Notes under the pieces: generated by a model
The model's input: only the letters and a program-made list of their open reading frames with translations
The model's database searches: none
Told to the model about the DNA's origin: nothing
Program-made: the position numbers and the translations under genes
NCBI GenBank assembly: GCA_964419735.1
Contig: CAYQRW010000001.1
Span: 1 to 43,148, forward strand
Source of the DNA: an uncultured Spirochaeta sp.
Lineage (GTDB): Bacteria > Spirochaetota > Spirochaetia > DSM-27196 > Alkalispirochaetaceae
Reading direction: 5' to 3'
Length of the DNA stretch: 43,148 nt
Shown: piece after piece, positions 26,074 to 35,749 of the stretch
Layout: every line of letters starts with the position of its first letter
Position numbering within the stretch: the first letter of the stretch is position 1

Positions 26074-27336
26074 CTATTCATGGTGAGCGGGCAGCCGATG
26101 AATAGCTGCTACCGCAATCACGCACAGAACAAGGGCTGCGCGAAAATACCAGCGGTACACATCGAGACCATCTACAAAGCGGGGGAGAATGCCTAAGAGG
26201 CCACTTGCCACCACCGAACCGAAGACGCCGGCGGAGACGCCTGCAGCGGTTTCCGTAAGGAGTGAAACGTCTACGCGGTGGTGCTGTGCGACGTGGGCAA
26301 CGAAGTACTGTTGAAAGCCCACCACGATGCCTGACTGGAAGATCCCTGCCACCACGAATACTGCTGCCGCTGCCAAAAAAGACAAGCCCTCCGGTGCGAA
26401 CGCCCAGAAGACCGCTACTGCCCCAAAGCCGATGATCGAGCGTAGGAGTAGGCGGCGGGGGCCGACCCGGTCGGCTACCGACCGGTTGATCAGGGAGGCG
26501 GTGATCTGCCCCACTACCAGACAGAGGGGCAGTACCAGTACCAGATAGTCTGCGAAGCGGTATCCGTTTCGGGCGGTGAGCACGGCGATCGGAGTAACCG
26601 CGATAAACGCTGCATAGCCCATGGCCCACGCAAGAACCAGCGACCGGTATTCAGTATGATGTCGGAGCAGTCGAAGCACACCCCGGGGCGTGCCCGACAC
26701 CACGGCACTGCTCGCGGCGGATTCGGGAATCTTTCGAACCGTTCGGGATCCGATCATCCCCGCCAGGATTCCCAGCATAATGAGAACGATATAGACACCA
26801 ATGCTGTCGGACAGCCGCAGCAGCAGAATAGCCACGGCCATCGCTATGAAATAGACGATGTTGAACCACAAAAAGTTCCCGAAGATGTAACGTCCCGGAC
26901 CGTTGCCCGGACCGGCTACCTCCGCGGTGAGTGGGTTGATACTGACTTTACCGATACTGCCGAAAATGGCAAACACGGTGACTCCGGTGATAATCAGGGC
27001 CGCCCGCACCGGCAAGAGGTGATCTCCCGGAAGGGCTGCCGCCGGTAACACGACAAGGATAGCGAGAAAACGAATGAGCCCGGTCTCAGACCACGTGCGC
27101 GCTAAGCCTCGGTGGGAGACGATGGCCCTTCCCACGAAGATGAAGGGAACGCTCAGGTGCGGAAGGGAGGCGATCAGCGCCACCAGGCTGTCGGAGAGGC
27201 CGTTGCGAACCGCATATAGAATGAGTACGTGCTCCATAAGGAACGCCAGGACTACCGCATTCAGGGCATTTACCACCCGCAGAGCCCGCCGGCCGGACCG
27301 TATCTCGGTGTCTGACATATGTGTGAAATCGGTCAT
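26074..27336 (-). CDS. MFS transporter
   Basis: About 12 TM segments, loop motif 'VADRVGPRRLL'. Confidence 0.8.
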   Translation of the reverse strand: MTDFTHMSDTEIRSGRRALRVVNALNAVVLAFLMEHVLILYAVRNGLSDSLVALIASLPHLSVPFIFVGRAIVSHRGLARTWSETGLIRFLAILVVLPAAALPGDHLLPVRAALIITGVTVFAIFGSIGKVSINPLTAEVAGPGNGPGRYIFGNFLWFNIVYFIAMAVAILLLRLSDSIGVYIVLIMLGILAGMIGSRTVRKIPESAASSAVVSGTPRGVLRLLRHHTEYRSLVLAWAMGYAAFIAVTPIAVLTARNGYRFADYLVLVLPLCLVVGQITASLINRSVADRVGPRRLLLRSIIGFGAVAVFWAFAPEGLSFLAAAAVFVVAGIFQSGIVVGFQQYFVAHVAQHHRVDVSLLTETAAGVSAGVFGSVVASGLLGILPRFVDGLDVYRWYFRAALVLCVIAVAAIHRLPAHHE

Positions 27337-28373
27337 TAGTCGGTGCGCTCCGTTGGTACTGGTCCCACACTCTCCCTATCGATGTAGGAAAGCGGGTTGA
27401 TGATATGTTGCGGTGAATCGCCATTGATTTCACCGGCAAGCATCTCGAACGCGCGGCGACCGAACTCACGTTTCCGCATATCAAAACATGATAGCCGCGG
27501 TCGAACGAGCTCCTCGGCAAAGATGTTGTCAAAGGCCAACACCGATATATCATCAGGAACACGATACCCCGCGTCCTGTAGGAGCGGCAGAGTGCCAAGC
27601 GCCATCATTGCGTTGGTACAGATTACCGCGGTTGCTGCCGGCCGGCCCGGATCCGAGGCGGCGACGAATTGTTGTGCAAGCGCCTTGCCATCATCCATGG
27701 AGGTGGTTGCGTGGGCGGGATCCCGAAAGAGAAGTATCTCGGGATCTCCCAAGCGGTGACGGGTCATACAATCACGATAGGCGGCGACCCGATTGTCGAA
27801 GGTCAGTTCTACTGGAAGGCCGCTGAAATACGCGATCCTCCGATGGCCGAGTTTCCGGAGGCGGGTGAACGCTTCTTCCATGGCGGTCGGATAGTCATTC
27901 TCGATGGTGCCGATCTGTGCTGGATCCACGGTGCGATTTCCGCTGACCACCACCGGGACCTCCGCATCAACCAAGCGATATAGGAGTTCCGTATCGAAGC
28001 GGGTGGGCAGGGCAACGACGAACAACCCATCGATCCGACGAGAAATAATGTGCTGCAGGTAACGGTCCAACCCTTCGGCGGCGGAGATAATATTGACGAA
28101 ATATCCCCGTTCCTGTGCCGCCTCTTCAAAACCAAGGACTATTTCCCCGAAGAACGGGTTCGAAATATCACCCACCGCTATCCCCAGTTGCCAGGTCTTA
28201 TTGCTTGCAAGACTTCTCGCGACGATGTTCGGCTGATAGCCCAATTCTTCTACCGCAGCGAGGACCCGGGCTCGGGCCTTGTCTCCCACCGATCGTGAAT
28301 CATTGACTACATACGAGACCGTTGCCGTCGATACGCCCGCACGGCGAGCTACATCGTCGCGTGTTATTGCCAT
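27336..28373 (-). CDS. LacI-family transcriptional regulator
   Basis: 'ITRDDVARRAGVSTATVSYVVN', 'YQPNIVARSL', 'VPDDISVLAFD'. Confidence 0.95.
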   Translation of the reverse strand: MAITRDDVARRAGVSTATVSYVVNDSRSVGDKARARVLAAVEELGYQPNIVARSLASNKTWQLGIAVGDISNPFFGEIVLGFEEAAQERGYFVNIISAAEGLDRYLQHIISRRIDGLFVVALPTRFDTELLYRLVDAEVPVVVSGNRTVDPAQIGTIENDYPTAMEEAFTRLRKLGHRRIAYFSGLPVELTFDNRVAAYRDCMTRHRLGDPEILLFRDPAHATTSMDDGKALAQQFVAASDPGRPAATAVICTNAMMALGTLPLLQDAGYRVPDDISVLAFDNIFAEELVRPRLSCFDMRKREFGRRAFEMLAGEINGDSPQHIINPLSYIDRESVGPVPTERTD

Positions 28374-28390
28374 GGTTGTTGTTGCTCCTT

Positions 28391-28531
28391 TTACCCGCGT
28401 AACAAGATCCTATCATATATCCGGAGGGTTGGGCCGTCCAAATCCGTCGAATCGAGGGATCCACGTTTACCCGAGTAAAAAAATGTTTGACGGCCTCTGC
28501 GTGCGGCTCTATAATCAAGTTACGCGAGTAA
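28391..28531. promoter_or_regulatory. Divergent promoters with three LacI-type operators
   Basis: Operators TTACCCGCGTAA (28391-28402), TTACCCGAGTAA (28467-28478), TTACGCGAGTAA (28520-28531). Plus-strand promoter TTGACG (28487-28492), 17 bp, TATAAT (28510-28515). Minus-strand promoter TGGACG, 17 bp, TATGAT (28440 to 28412). Confidence 0.8.
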
Positions 28532-28547
28532 ATAAAGGAGGAACGGC

Positions 28548-30179
28548 ATGAAGCACGTATCATTATTCGTTGTGTTGCTTATATCGGCGGGGTTGGTCTT
28601 CGCCGGAGGTCAGTCGGAGGCGCAACCCGAGGTTGAAGTGGCGCCGGTAGCGAACGAGGTTCGTCTTCCCACAATGGGAGGCGGCGCGTACATGGACTGG
28701 ATGAAAACGGTGTACGACCGCGTGGGACCCACCGATGTCGTTCAGCTATCGATTTCATCCTACGACAAAGAGTTTGAGCTTCATCCCATCGCGGCCGAGA
28801 GTTGGAGCATCTCTGATGACGGTCTCACCTGGACGTTCAATCTGCGTGAGAACTTGGCCTGGTCCGACGGAACTCCCTTGACCGCCCATGACTACGTGTT
28901 TGCCCTGGAGCGCGCAGTTACCGACGGTTACGACTTTGCCTGGTACTGGTCGTGGGCGGCAGGCATTAAGAACTGGGGTGCCGTGGAAAGCGGAGACGCG
29001 CCGCTTGAAGATTTTGGTGTCCGAGCGATAGACGACCATACAATCGAAGTGGAGACGGAAGCTCCCAAGCCCTACCTCCCGAGTGTAGCGGCGTTCTGGT
29101 TCCCCGTTCCGCGCCACGTACATGAAGAGCATGGCGATGAGTGGGCCTCGAGCATCGAGAACTACGTCAGTAGTGGACCGTATATGCTTACCGAATGGGT
29201 TCGCGGGGACCGTATGGTGCTGGAACCCAATCCTGAGTACAACGGACCGTGGCCGGCCTCGGTAGACAAGATCACCCTCTTCCCGGCGCTCGAAGATCCC
29301 TCGGTAGGGTTCCCGGCGTACCTCGCGGGTGATATCGACAATACGCCCCTGGATGCGGGACAGCTGGCCTATGCGCAGTCACGCTTTCCCGACCAGTTGC
29401 AGAGTTCCGTTTTCTTCGGCATCTACTACTTGGCGTATGATTACGATGTAGAGCCCTTCAATAACGAAGACGTGCGTAAGGCGATCTTCTATTCGATTGA
29501 TCGGGACGAGCTTACCAATACAATTCTGAATAACGTGGCAATTCCCGCCCGCACCCTCTACGCTCCCACATTCCCCGGTTACTCCGAGGATATTGCCGAG
29601 CAGACCGGGTACGATCCTGAGCGTGCGCGTCAGCACCTGGCGGACGCCGGCTATCCCGATGGTGAGGGATTTCCCGACGTTTCACTGTGGTGGCGCATCG
29701 AGGGCGGAATCCATGCCCCGATCGTGGGACCGATGGCGGAGTATCTGCAGGCACAGTTTCAGGATGTGTTGAACATTGACATCGAGGTTGAAGGCAAAGA
29801 GCTCAAGACGTGGATCGATGGGTTGGCGGATCGTGAGAACAACATGTTCCTGTCACCGTACATGTACGACTACGTTGATCCCAGCAACTTCGCGTCAATC
29901 TTCGTCAACGGTGGACGTCACCACTGGGAGAACGATGAATATACGGAACTGGTGAATCGGGCGAACGAGTCCTTTGATCAGGAAGAACGGCTGGAGTTGT
30001 ACCAGGAGGCTGAGCAGATTCTTATCGACGAAGCCGCCGTTACCTATTTGGTACACCCGGTGGAAAACCTGATGTGGAAGCCGTATATCAGTGGTGAGGC
30101 GATGGAGCCGAACAGTTTCGATCTGTACGGTGGGTCTATACTGTATAAATGGACACACCTCTCGGTAGACGACGAATAG
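28548..30179 (+). CDS. oppA: Opp/Dpp-type (family 5) solute-binding protein
   Basis: Signal peptide 'LVFAGGQSE'. 'AESWSISDDGLTWTFNLRENLAWSDGTPLTAHDY', 'SSGPYML', 'VRKAI...IDR'. Confidence 0.9.
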   Translation: MKHVSLFVVLLISAGLVFAGGQSEAQPEVEVAPVANEVRLPTMGGGAYMDWMKTVYDRVGPTDVVQLSISSYDKEFELHPIAAESWSISDDGLTWTFNLRENLAWSDGTPLTAHDYVFALERAVTDGYDFAWYWSWAAGIKNWGAVESGDAPLEDFGVRAIDDHTIEVETEAPKPYLPSVAAFWFPVPRHVHEEHGDEWASSIENYVSSGPYMLTEWVRGDRMVLEPNPEYNGPWPASVDKITLFPALEDPSVGFPAYLAGDIDNTPLDAGQLAYAQSRFPDQLQSSVFFGIYYLAYDYDVEPFNNEDVRKAIFYSIDRDELTNTILNNVAIPARTLYAPTFPGYSEDIAEQTGYDPERARQHLADAGYPDGEGFPDVSLWWRIEGGIHAPIVGPMAEYLQAQFQDVLNIDIEVEGKELKTWIDGLADRENNMFLSPYMYDYVDPSNFASIFVNGGRHHWENDEYTELVNRANESFDQEERLELYQEAEQILIDEAAVTYLVHPVENLMWKPYISGEAMEPNSFDLYGGSILYKWTHLSVDDE

Positions 30180-30198
30180 TCACCTGTGATTCTTCTGT

Positions 30199-30234
30199 GA
30201 GGCGGTTGCATCCCACCTGGGGTGCGGCCGCCTC
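30199..30234 (+). other. Intercistronic stem-loop after oppA
   Basis: GAGGCGGTTGCATCCCA-CC-TGGGGTGCGGCCGCCTC. Confidence 0.6.
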
Positions 30235-30270
30235 TCTCATCATTACCCAAGAAAGCGAATAGTAGGGCTC

Positions 30271-31257
30271 ATGGCGTTGTTGGAAGTACAAGACCTTCAC
30301 GTGTCGTTCAATCAGAAGGCCGGCGTTGTTCAGGCGGTACGGGGAGTCTCATTCTCAATGAGTCGCCACGGTGAAAGCCTCGGCATCGTAGGAGAATCGG
30401 GTTCCGGCAAGAGCGTTTCCTCCTTGGCCATCATGCGACTCATCCAGGAGCCGCCCGGAAAGATTCAAGCGGGACGGCTCACCTTTGATGGAATCGATAT
30501 TCTGTCACTCTCTAAGAAGCAGCAACGTGCGATTCGTGGAGCTCAGATCAGTATGATTTTCCAAGAGCCCATGACGTCTTTGGATCCGGTGTTTACGATT
30601 GGATCCCAACTGACCGAGACCATCACCCTTCACCAGAACGTGGGAACGCGCCGCGCCCACATCCAGGCAGCAGAACTGCTGGAGCGCGTGGATATCAAGG
30701 AACCGGAGCACACCCTCAAGTCGTATCCGCACCAGCTTTCCGGAGGCATGCGCCAGCGTGTGATGATTGCCATGGCGCTGAGCTGTCGACCGAAGATTCT
30801 CATAGCGGACGAGCCGACCACCGCCCTGGACGTGACGGTGCAGGCGCAAGTGTTGCAAATCATCAAGGACATGCAGGAGGAGATCGGCACCTCCTTAATG
30901 ATGATCACCCACGATCTGGGCGTCATCGCGGAAACGGTGGACAACGTGGTGGTGATGTACGGGGGCAAGATCCTGGAATACGGCACCGTCTTTGAGATCT
31001 TCGAGAATCCTCAGCAGCCCTATACCGAGGCGCTCTTGCAGAGTATTCCAGATCCTTCCCAGCCGCGGTCTAAGAAGCTGTACTCCATTGAAGGGTACTC
31101 CCCCAATCCGATTTCCCCACCCTCGGGATGCCCATTCCATCCGCGGTGTGAGTTTGCCCGAGATATCTGCCGGCAACAGATGCCGCCGGCTACTCAGATT
31201 ACCGATAGCCACGTGGCTCACTGTTGGAGGTTGCATGACTACCGAAGCGATGCTTGA
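30271..31257 (+). CDS. oppD: Opp/Dpp ABC ATPase
   Basis: Walker A 'GESGSGKS', 'LSGGMRQR', 'IADEPTT', C-terminal 'GCPFHPRC...C...C'. Confidence 0.92.
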   Translation: MALLEVQDLHVSFNQKAGVVQAVRGVSFSMSRHGESLGIVGESGSGKSVSSLAIMRLIQEPPGKIQAGRLTFDGIDILSLSKKQQRAIRGAQISMIFQEPMTSLDPVFTIGSQLTETITLHQNVGTRRAHIQAAELLERVDIKEPEHTLKSYPHQLSGGMRQRVMIAMALSCRPKILIADEPTTALDVTVQAQVLQIIKDMQEEIGTSLMMITHDLGVIAETVDNVVVMYGGKILEYGTVFEIFENPQQPYTEALLQSIPDPSQPRSKKLYSIEGYSPNPISPPSGCPFHPRCEFARDICRQQMPPATQITDSHVAHCWRLHDYRSDA

Positions 31258-32188
31258 AGTTCGGGATCTGACCAAGCACTTTCGGAGCACTGGAGGGCCT
31301 CCATGGCGCCGACGGGAGCATGTGGTTCGCGCGGTGGACGGAGTCTCCTTTGATGTCGGTGAGCAGGAGGTGGTGGGCTTGGTCGGCGAATCGGGCTGCG
31401 GTAAGTCCACGACGGGATCATTGCTTATGCGGCTCCACGAGCCCACTTCCGGCACGATTTCGTTTCGCGGTGATCGTATCGATTCACTGCCGCCGGCCGA
31501 GTTGAAGGCGCTGCGCAAGAACATTCAGATCGTCTTCCAGGATCCCTATGCGTCCTTGGATCCTATGATGACCCTTGACCAGATTATTACCGAGCCCTTC
31601 GATATTCACTCCCTGTATTCCACGCGGGAACGGCAGGAGCGGGTGGATCACCTGCTGGAAGTGGTCGGCCTGGACCGGGGCTACGCCAATCGATATCCCC
31701 ATGAGCTTTCCGGTGGCCAGCGACAACGGGTGGCGATTGCCCGCGCGCTTGCTCTCGAGCCAAGTTTTCTTGTCGCCGACGAGCCGACCTCGGCGCTGGA
31801 TGTGAGCGTGAAAGCGCAGATTATTAACTTGCTGGAAGAGGTACAGCAGCGCATCGGACTCTCGATCCTGTTCATATCTCACGATCTCAGTGTGGTGCGT
31901 CATATCAGCTCGCGGTTGATCGTGATGTATTACGGCAAGGTTGTGGAGACGGGGCCCACGGACGAGATCTTTACCCGTCCGTTGCACCCGTATACGCGGG
32001 TACTGCTTGAATCGATCCCGATTCCCAATCCGCGCAAGCGCCGCACCCGACGCCTCTCAATGGAAACGCACATGGCGGAGGCTTCCGCGGAACTGGGTGA
32101 GAAGTTTCGTCTGGATATTGGCGATGACCCGCAGGCGGAACTAGTGGAAGTGGCTCCCAGTCATCTTGTGAGATGTCGGAAAAGGTAG
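31235..32188 (+). CDS. oppF: Opp/Dpp ABC ATPase
   Basis: 'GESGCGKST', 'YPHELSGGQRQR', 'ADEPTSALDVS', 'HPYT'. Start 31235 or 31250. Confidence 0.9.
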   Translation: MTTEAMLEVRDLTKHFRSTGGPPWRRREHVVRAVDGVSFDVGEQEVVGLVGESGCGKSTTGSLLMRLHEPTSGTISFRGDRIDSLPPAELKALRKNIQIVFQDPYASLDPMMTLDQIITEPFDIHSLYSTRERQERVDHLLEVVGLDRGYANRYPHELSGGQRQRVAIARALALEPSFLVADEPTSALDVSVKAQIINLLEEVQQRIGLSILFISHDLSVVRHISSRLIVMYYGKVVETGPTDEIFTRPLHPYTRVLLESIPIPNPRKRRTRRLSMETHMAEASAELGEKFRLDIGDDPQAELVEVAPSHLVRCRKR

Positions 32189-32195
32189 GACACGT

Positions 32196-33128
32196 ATGCT
32201 TCTGTACATTCTGAAAAGAATTCTATCGCTGGCAGTAACCTTTGTGCTCGTATCGGTGCTGATCTTTGTGTTGATGCGGGCGCTTCCAGGCGGGCCCTTC
32301 GATTATGATAAGATGCCTCTCTCCGACGCACAGCGGGATAAGCTCATGGAGCAGTACAACCTGGATGGGCCGGTATATATGCAGTACCTGCGCTACATGG
32401 CGGGGGTAGTGCAGGGAGACTTCGGCGTGCCCTATCAAAGTCCGGGCGAGACGGTGCTGGAGCTCTTGCGCCGGGCGTGGCCGCCGAGCTTGGTTCTCGG
32501 GGGACTCGGCATGCTGGTGGGGACGCCGCTGGGAATTCTTCTGGGAATCGCTGCGGCGTTGCGGCGCAATTCACCCCTGGACTACGCCGCCTCATTCATC
32601 TCCACGTTAGGGATAACCGTTCCCATATACGTGATCAGTCTGGCACTGATGCTGGTCTTTAGTGTGTGGCTCGGCTGGCTTCCAACCACCGGGTGGGGGG
32701 AGCCCCACATGTGGATTCTTCCGGTCACCGCATACGCGGTGGTTCCCACCGCGATCTTTGCCCGCTATACCCGAGGCGCGATGCTGGAAACGATGACCCG
32801 CCCCTTTGTCACGGTCCTGCGGTCCAAGGGGCTTTCTGAACGCAAAATCGTCTTTAAGCACGTCCTCAAGAACGCTGCGATTCCGATGATAACGATCTTC
32901 TTCCCGATGTTCATTGGCATCGTGACCGGAAGTATTTTCGTGGAGAAGATGTTTCGGGTACCGGGTCTCGGGAACTACTTTGTCAGCAGCATCGCTGAGC
33001 GGGACTATCCCATGGAGATGGCGCTGATCATACTATTGACGCTTCTGGTGGGCGTGGCGTACATCGTGACGGACATCCTGTACACGCTCCTCAATCCTCG
33101 CATACGGGTACAATCTCATGACGAATAG
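32196..33128 (+). CDS. oppB: Opp/Dpp ABC permease
   Basis: 'YILKRIL', 'LPGGPF', 'SKGLSE', 'VEKMFRVPGLG', 'RDYP', 'NPRIR'. Confidence 0.92.
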   Translation: MLLYILKRILSLAVTFVLVSVLIFVLMRALPGGPFDYDKMPLSDAQRDKLMEQYNLDGPVYMQYLRYMAGVVQGDFGVPYQSPGETVLELLRRAWPPSLVLGGLGMLVGTPLGILLGIAAALRRNSPLDYAASFISTLGITVPIYVISLALMLVFSVWLGWLPTTGWGEPHMWILPVTAYAVVPTAIFARYTRGAMLETMTRPFVTVLRSKGLSERKIVFKHVLKNAAIPMITIFFPMFIGIVTGSIFVEKMFRVPGLGNYFVSSIAERDYPMEMALIILLTLLVGVAYIVTDILYTLLNPRIRVQSHDE

Positions 33129-34014
33129 CATATCTGCTCCAACGGGTTCCCCTCAGGACGCTCCGCGTCGATCTCCTATGTACTACGCGTTCCGCCGCTT
33201 TCTCGATAACCGATCGGCGGTGATTTCCGGTGTCGTCTTGGTGCTTCTGGTGCTGATGGCGATCGCCGCTCCGCTGATTACACCGACACGCTATGATCAA
33301 CAGGCGTACCGGGCGATAACCTTGAGTTTTCCCACCTCGCAGAACTGGTTCGGCGTAGATGCGGTGGGACGAGATTTCTATTCACGGATCATATACGGGG
33401 CCCGGGTGTCGTTGGGAATTGGCGTCTCCGCCGCCCTGGTGAGTGTGATAATCGGGCTCCCCCTGGGAGCGATAGCCGGCTACCGTGGTGGACGTACCGA
33501 TTGGTTGATCATGCGTCTGGTGGAGGTGTTTTCCGTGGTTCCTCCGCTTCTGTTGGCGATCCTCTTCGCCGCCCTGCTGGGCGGTGGCGTACTGAACATC
33601 ATTGTCATCAGTTCACTGTTCGGATGGCCGCAAACGTGTCGGCTGGTCCGCGGGCAGATCATGGCGTATCGCAAGCGGGAGTTTGTGCAGGCCTCAATCG
33701 CGCTGGGCGCGTCGTCTTCTTATGTAGTACGCCGCCACCTGATTCCCAACAGTGTGTCGCCGATTATCGTGGGCTTCGTGCTGGCAATTCCTCAAGCGAT
33801 GATGCTGGAGGCCAGCCTCAGTTTTCTCGGCGTGGGAATTAATCCGCCTCTGCCGAGCTGGGGACAGATGATCAACCAGGGACTCAACTACATGTTCTTC
33901 TATTGGCATCTGGCGGTCTTTCCTACCATCTTCCTTGCGGTTACCGTGATGTCGACCTCTCTATTTGGCGATGGTCTGCGGGATGCCCTGGATCCGAGTC
34001 TGCAAAATCGATGA
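33118..34014 (+). CDS. oppC: Opp/Dpp ABC permease
   Basis: 'FGVDAVGRD', 'GARVSL', 'EASLSFLGVG', 'GDGLRDALDP'. Confidence 0.92.
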   Translation: MTNSISAPTGSPQDAPRRSPMYYAFRRFLDNRSAVISGVVLVLLVLMAIAAPLITPTRYDQQAYRAITLSFPTSQNWFGVDAVGRDFYSRIIYGARVSLGIGVSAALVSVIIGLPLGAIAGYRGGRTDWLIMRLVEVFSVVPPLLLAILFAALLGGGVLNIIVISSLFGWPQTCRLVRGQIMAYRKREFVQASIALGASSSYVVRRHLIPNSVSPIIVGFVLAIPQAMMLEASLSFLGVGINPPLPSWGQMINQGLNYMFFYWHLAVFPTIFLAVTVMSTSLFGDGLRDALDPSLQNR

Positions 34015-35723
34015 GCACCGGGTTTTCTAACCCCGTTCTCCCCGGAGATTTCCCCGATCCGTCGGTGGTTCGGGTAGGCCAGGACTACTACTCGGTGCAC
34101 TCCACCTTTCAGTACTTCCCCGGCATTCCAGTGATGCACTCGCGGGATCTCGTGCACTGGGCGCACATTGGACACGTGTTGGCTGATCCGTCTCACGTAG
34201 ACCTGCGCTTTGCAGCGGATTCCCGTGGGGTCTGGGCACCGGACATAGAATACATCGGAGGGCGGTTTTACGTGGTGTACCCGCTGGTAACGGACAACCT
34301 CCGGGGGGAGGTGATTGCCAGTATCTGGATCACCTCGGCTGCGGATCCACGGGGACCCTGGCAACTGCCCCAGCTGTTGGCCCACAACACGGGCATAGAT
34401 CCGGCGCTCTTTGTCGATGAGGACCACACCGTGTACCTGGTGTGGGGTGATTGTCGCATCCAGCAGCTGGCGCCCTCCATGGATCGGCTGATGGGGCAGC
34501 CGATCAAGCTCTGGGATGGAACCGGCGGGATCGCTCCGGAGGGACCACATCTGCTGAAACGTGGTGGCTGGTACCATCTGTATATAGCCGAAGGGGGCAC
34601 GTTTTATGGCCACGCGGAAACGAGCGCCCGTTCGCGTAACCTGCTCGGTCCGTATGAACCCTCGCCATACAATCCGATCCTACACCAAAGTGATGCGGCA
34701 GCGCCGGTCCAAAAAGCCGGTCACGGCAAACTCGTGGAGGATACTGCGGGTGGGTGGTGGATGCTGCATTTGGGGGCGCGACCGGTGCGGTCGGAGGTAA
34801 TGGAGGCACGGCAGGCGATTCGCTGCACGGCGGAGGAAGTACCGGCAGGGAATCGATCGTTCTGTCCATTTGGCCGGGAGAGTTTTCTTTCTCCCGTGGA
34901 GTGGACGGAGGAGGAGTGGTTTTTTGTTGCTCCCGATCGGCGGCCGCGGGTGGACGTACCCCTGTTACCGGCCGGGCCGGATTCGCACGTCGATGCTTCT
35001 ACGGGTGGTCCTCCTCCTGGGGGTGCTCTTCCCGGGGGTGGGGGGAGCGAGGAAGCAGGTGTTCAGGTGCGGCCCCAGGGGCACCGGGTGGAACTGGATC
35101 TCCTCGACAATCAACTGGGTGCTGCGTGGCAGTGGGTGCGCAACCCCGATCCCGCCGATTGGACGATTGACGGCGAGTTATCGAGTCTCTGGCTCCGGGC
35201 GCCGGATACCTCCCCGGCGGTTGGAGTACCACCGATGCCGGTGGTGCGCGTCGCACACATGGATTTTTCGGTCACCACTGCGGTCCACGCCGATGATCCG
35301 TACGGGGTGATGTACGCCGGGTTGCTACTGTACTTTGATCGGCGCAACCATATCATATTCGGAGTCCGGGGAGGCCCGGAACCAGAGGTAGTGGTGCTAC
35401 AGCGGATCGCGGGAACGGAACACGCCATTGCCGCAGTTCGGCACGATACCCCCGAGACTACGACGAATCTCCGTATCCGCAGCCGGGGCGTGAGCTTTGC
35501 CTTTGAAGTAGAGGTTATACCCGGGGTATGGCGAACGGTAATCGACGGCGTTGATGGCTATTTCATGAGTCATGAAGGTGTGCACTACACTGAGAATCGT
35601 GGTGCCTTTACCGGACTCGTGGCCGGCATGGTGGCGGTGGCCCCCGGGAGTACCGCGGCGCCCTGGGCGCGGTTCTCCTCGTTTGTGTATGAGGGGACCT
35701 CAATTGGGGGCAAACGACAGTGA
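34011..35723 (+). CDS. GH43 beta-xylosidase/arabinofuranosidase with C-terminal beta-sandwich
   Basis: 'NPVLPGDFPDPS', 'WAPD', 'GIDP', 'PEGPHL', 'AEGGT', 'GHG', 'GRE'. ATGA overlap with oppC. Confidence 0.9.
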   Translation: MSTGFSNPVLPGDFPDPSVVRVGQDYYSVHSTFQYFPGIPVMHSRDLVHWAHIGHVLADPSHVDLRFAADSRGVWAPDIEYIGGRFYVVYPLVTDNLRGEVIASIWITSAADPRGPWQLPQLLAHNTGIDPALFVDEDHTVYLVWGDCRIQQLAPSMDRLMGQPIKLWDGTGGIAPEGPHLLKRGGWYHLYIAEGGTFYGHAETSARSRNLLGPYEPSPYNPILHQSDAAAPVQKAGHGKLVEDTAGGWWMLHLGARPVRSEVMEARQAIRCTAEEVPAGNRSFCPFGRESFLSPVEWTEEEWFFVAPDRRPRVDVPLLPAGPDSHVDASTGGPPPGGALPGGGGSEEAGVQVRPQGHRVELDLLDNQLGAAWQWVRNPDPADWTIDGELSSLWLRAPDTSPAVGVPPMPVVRVAHMDFSVTTAVHADDPYGVMYAGLLLYFDRRNHIIFGVRGGPEPEVVVLQRIAGTEHAIAAVRHDTPETTTNLRIRSRGVSFAFEVEVIPGVWRTVIDGVDGYFMSHEGVHYTENRGAFTGLVAGMVAVAPGSTAAPWARFSSFVYEGTSIGGKRQ

Positions 35724-35749
35724 GGGAAGCCTATGGTGAGGGGTGAGCT

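Noticed and set aside
34990..35060. G-rich tract as G-quadruplex or contingency locus
   Set aside because: It encodes an in-frame Gly/Pro interdomain linker of GH43, the G runs are irregular, and there is no frameshift.
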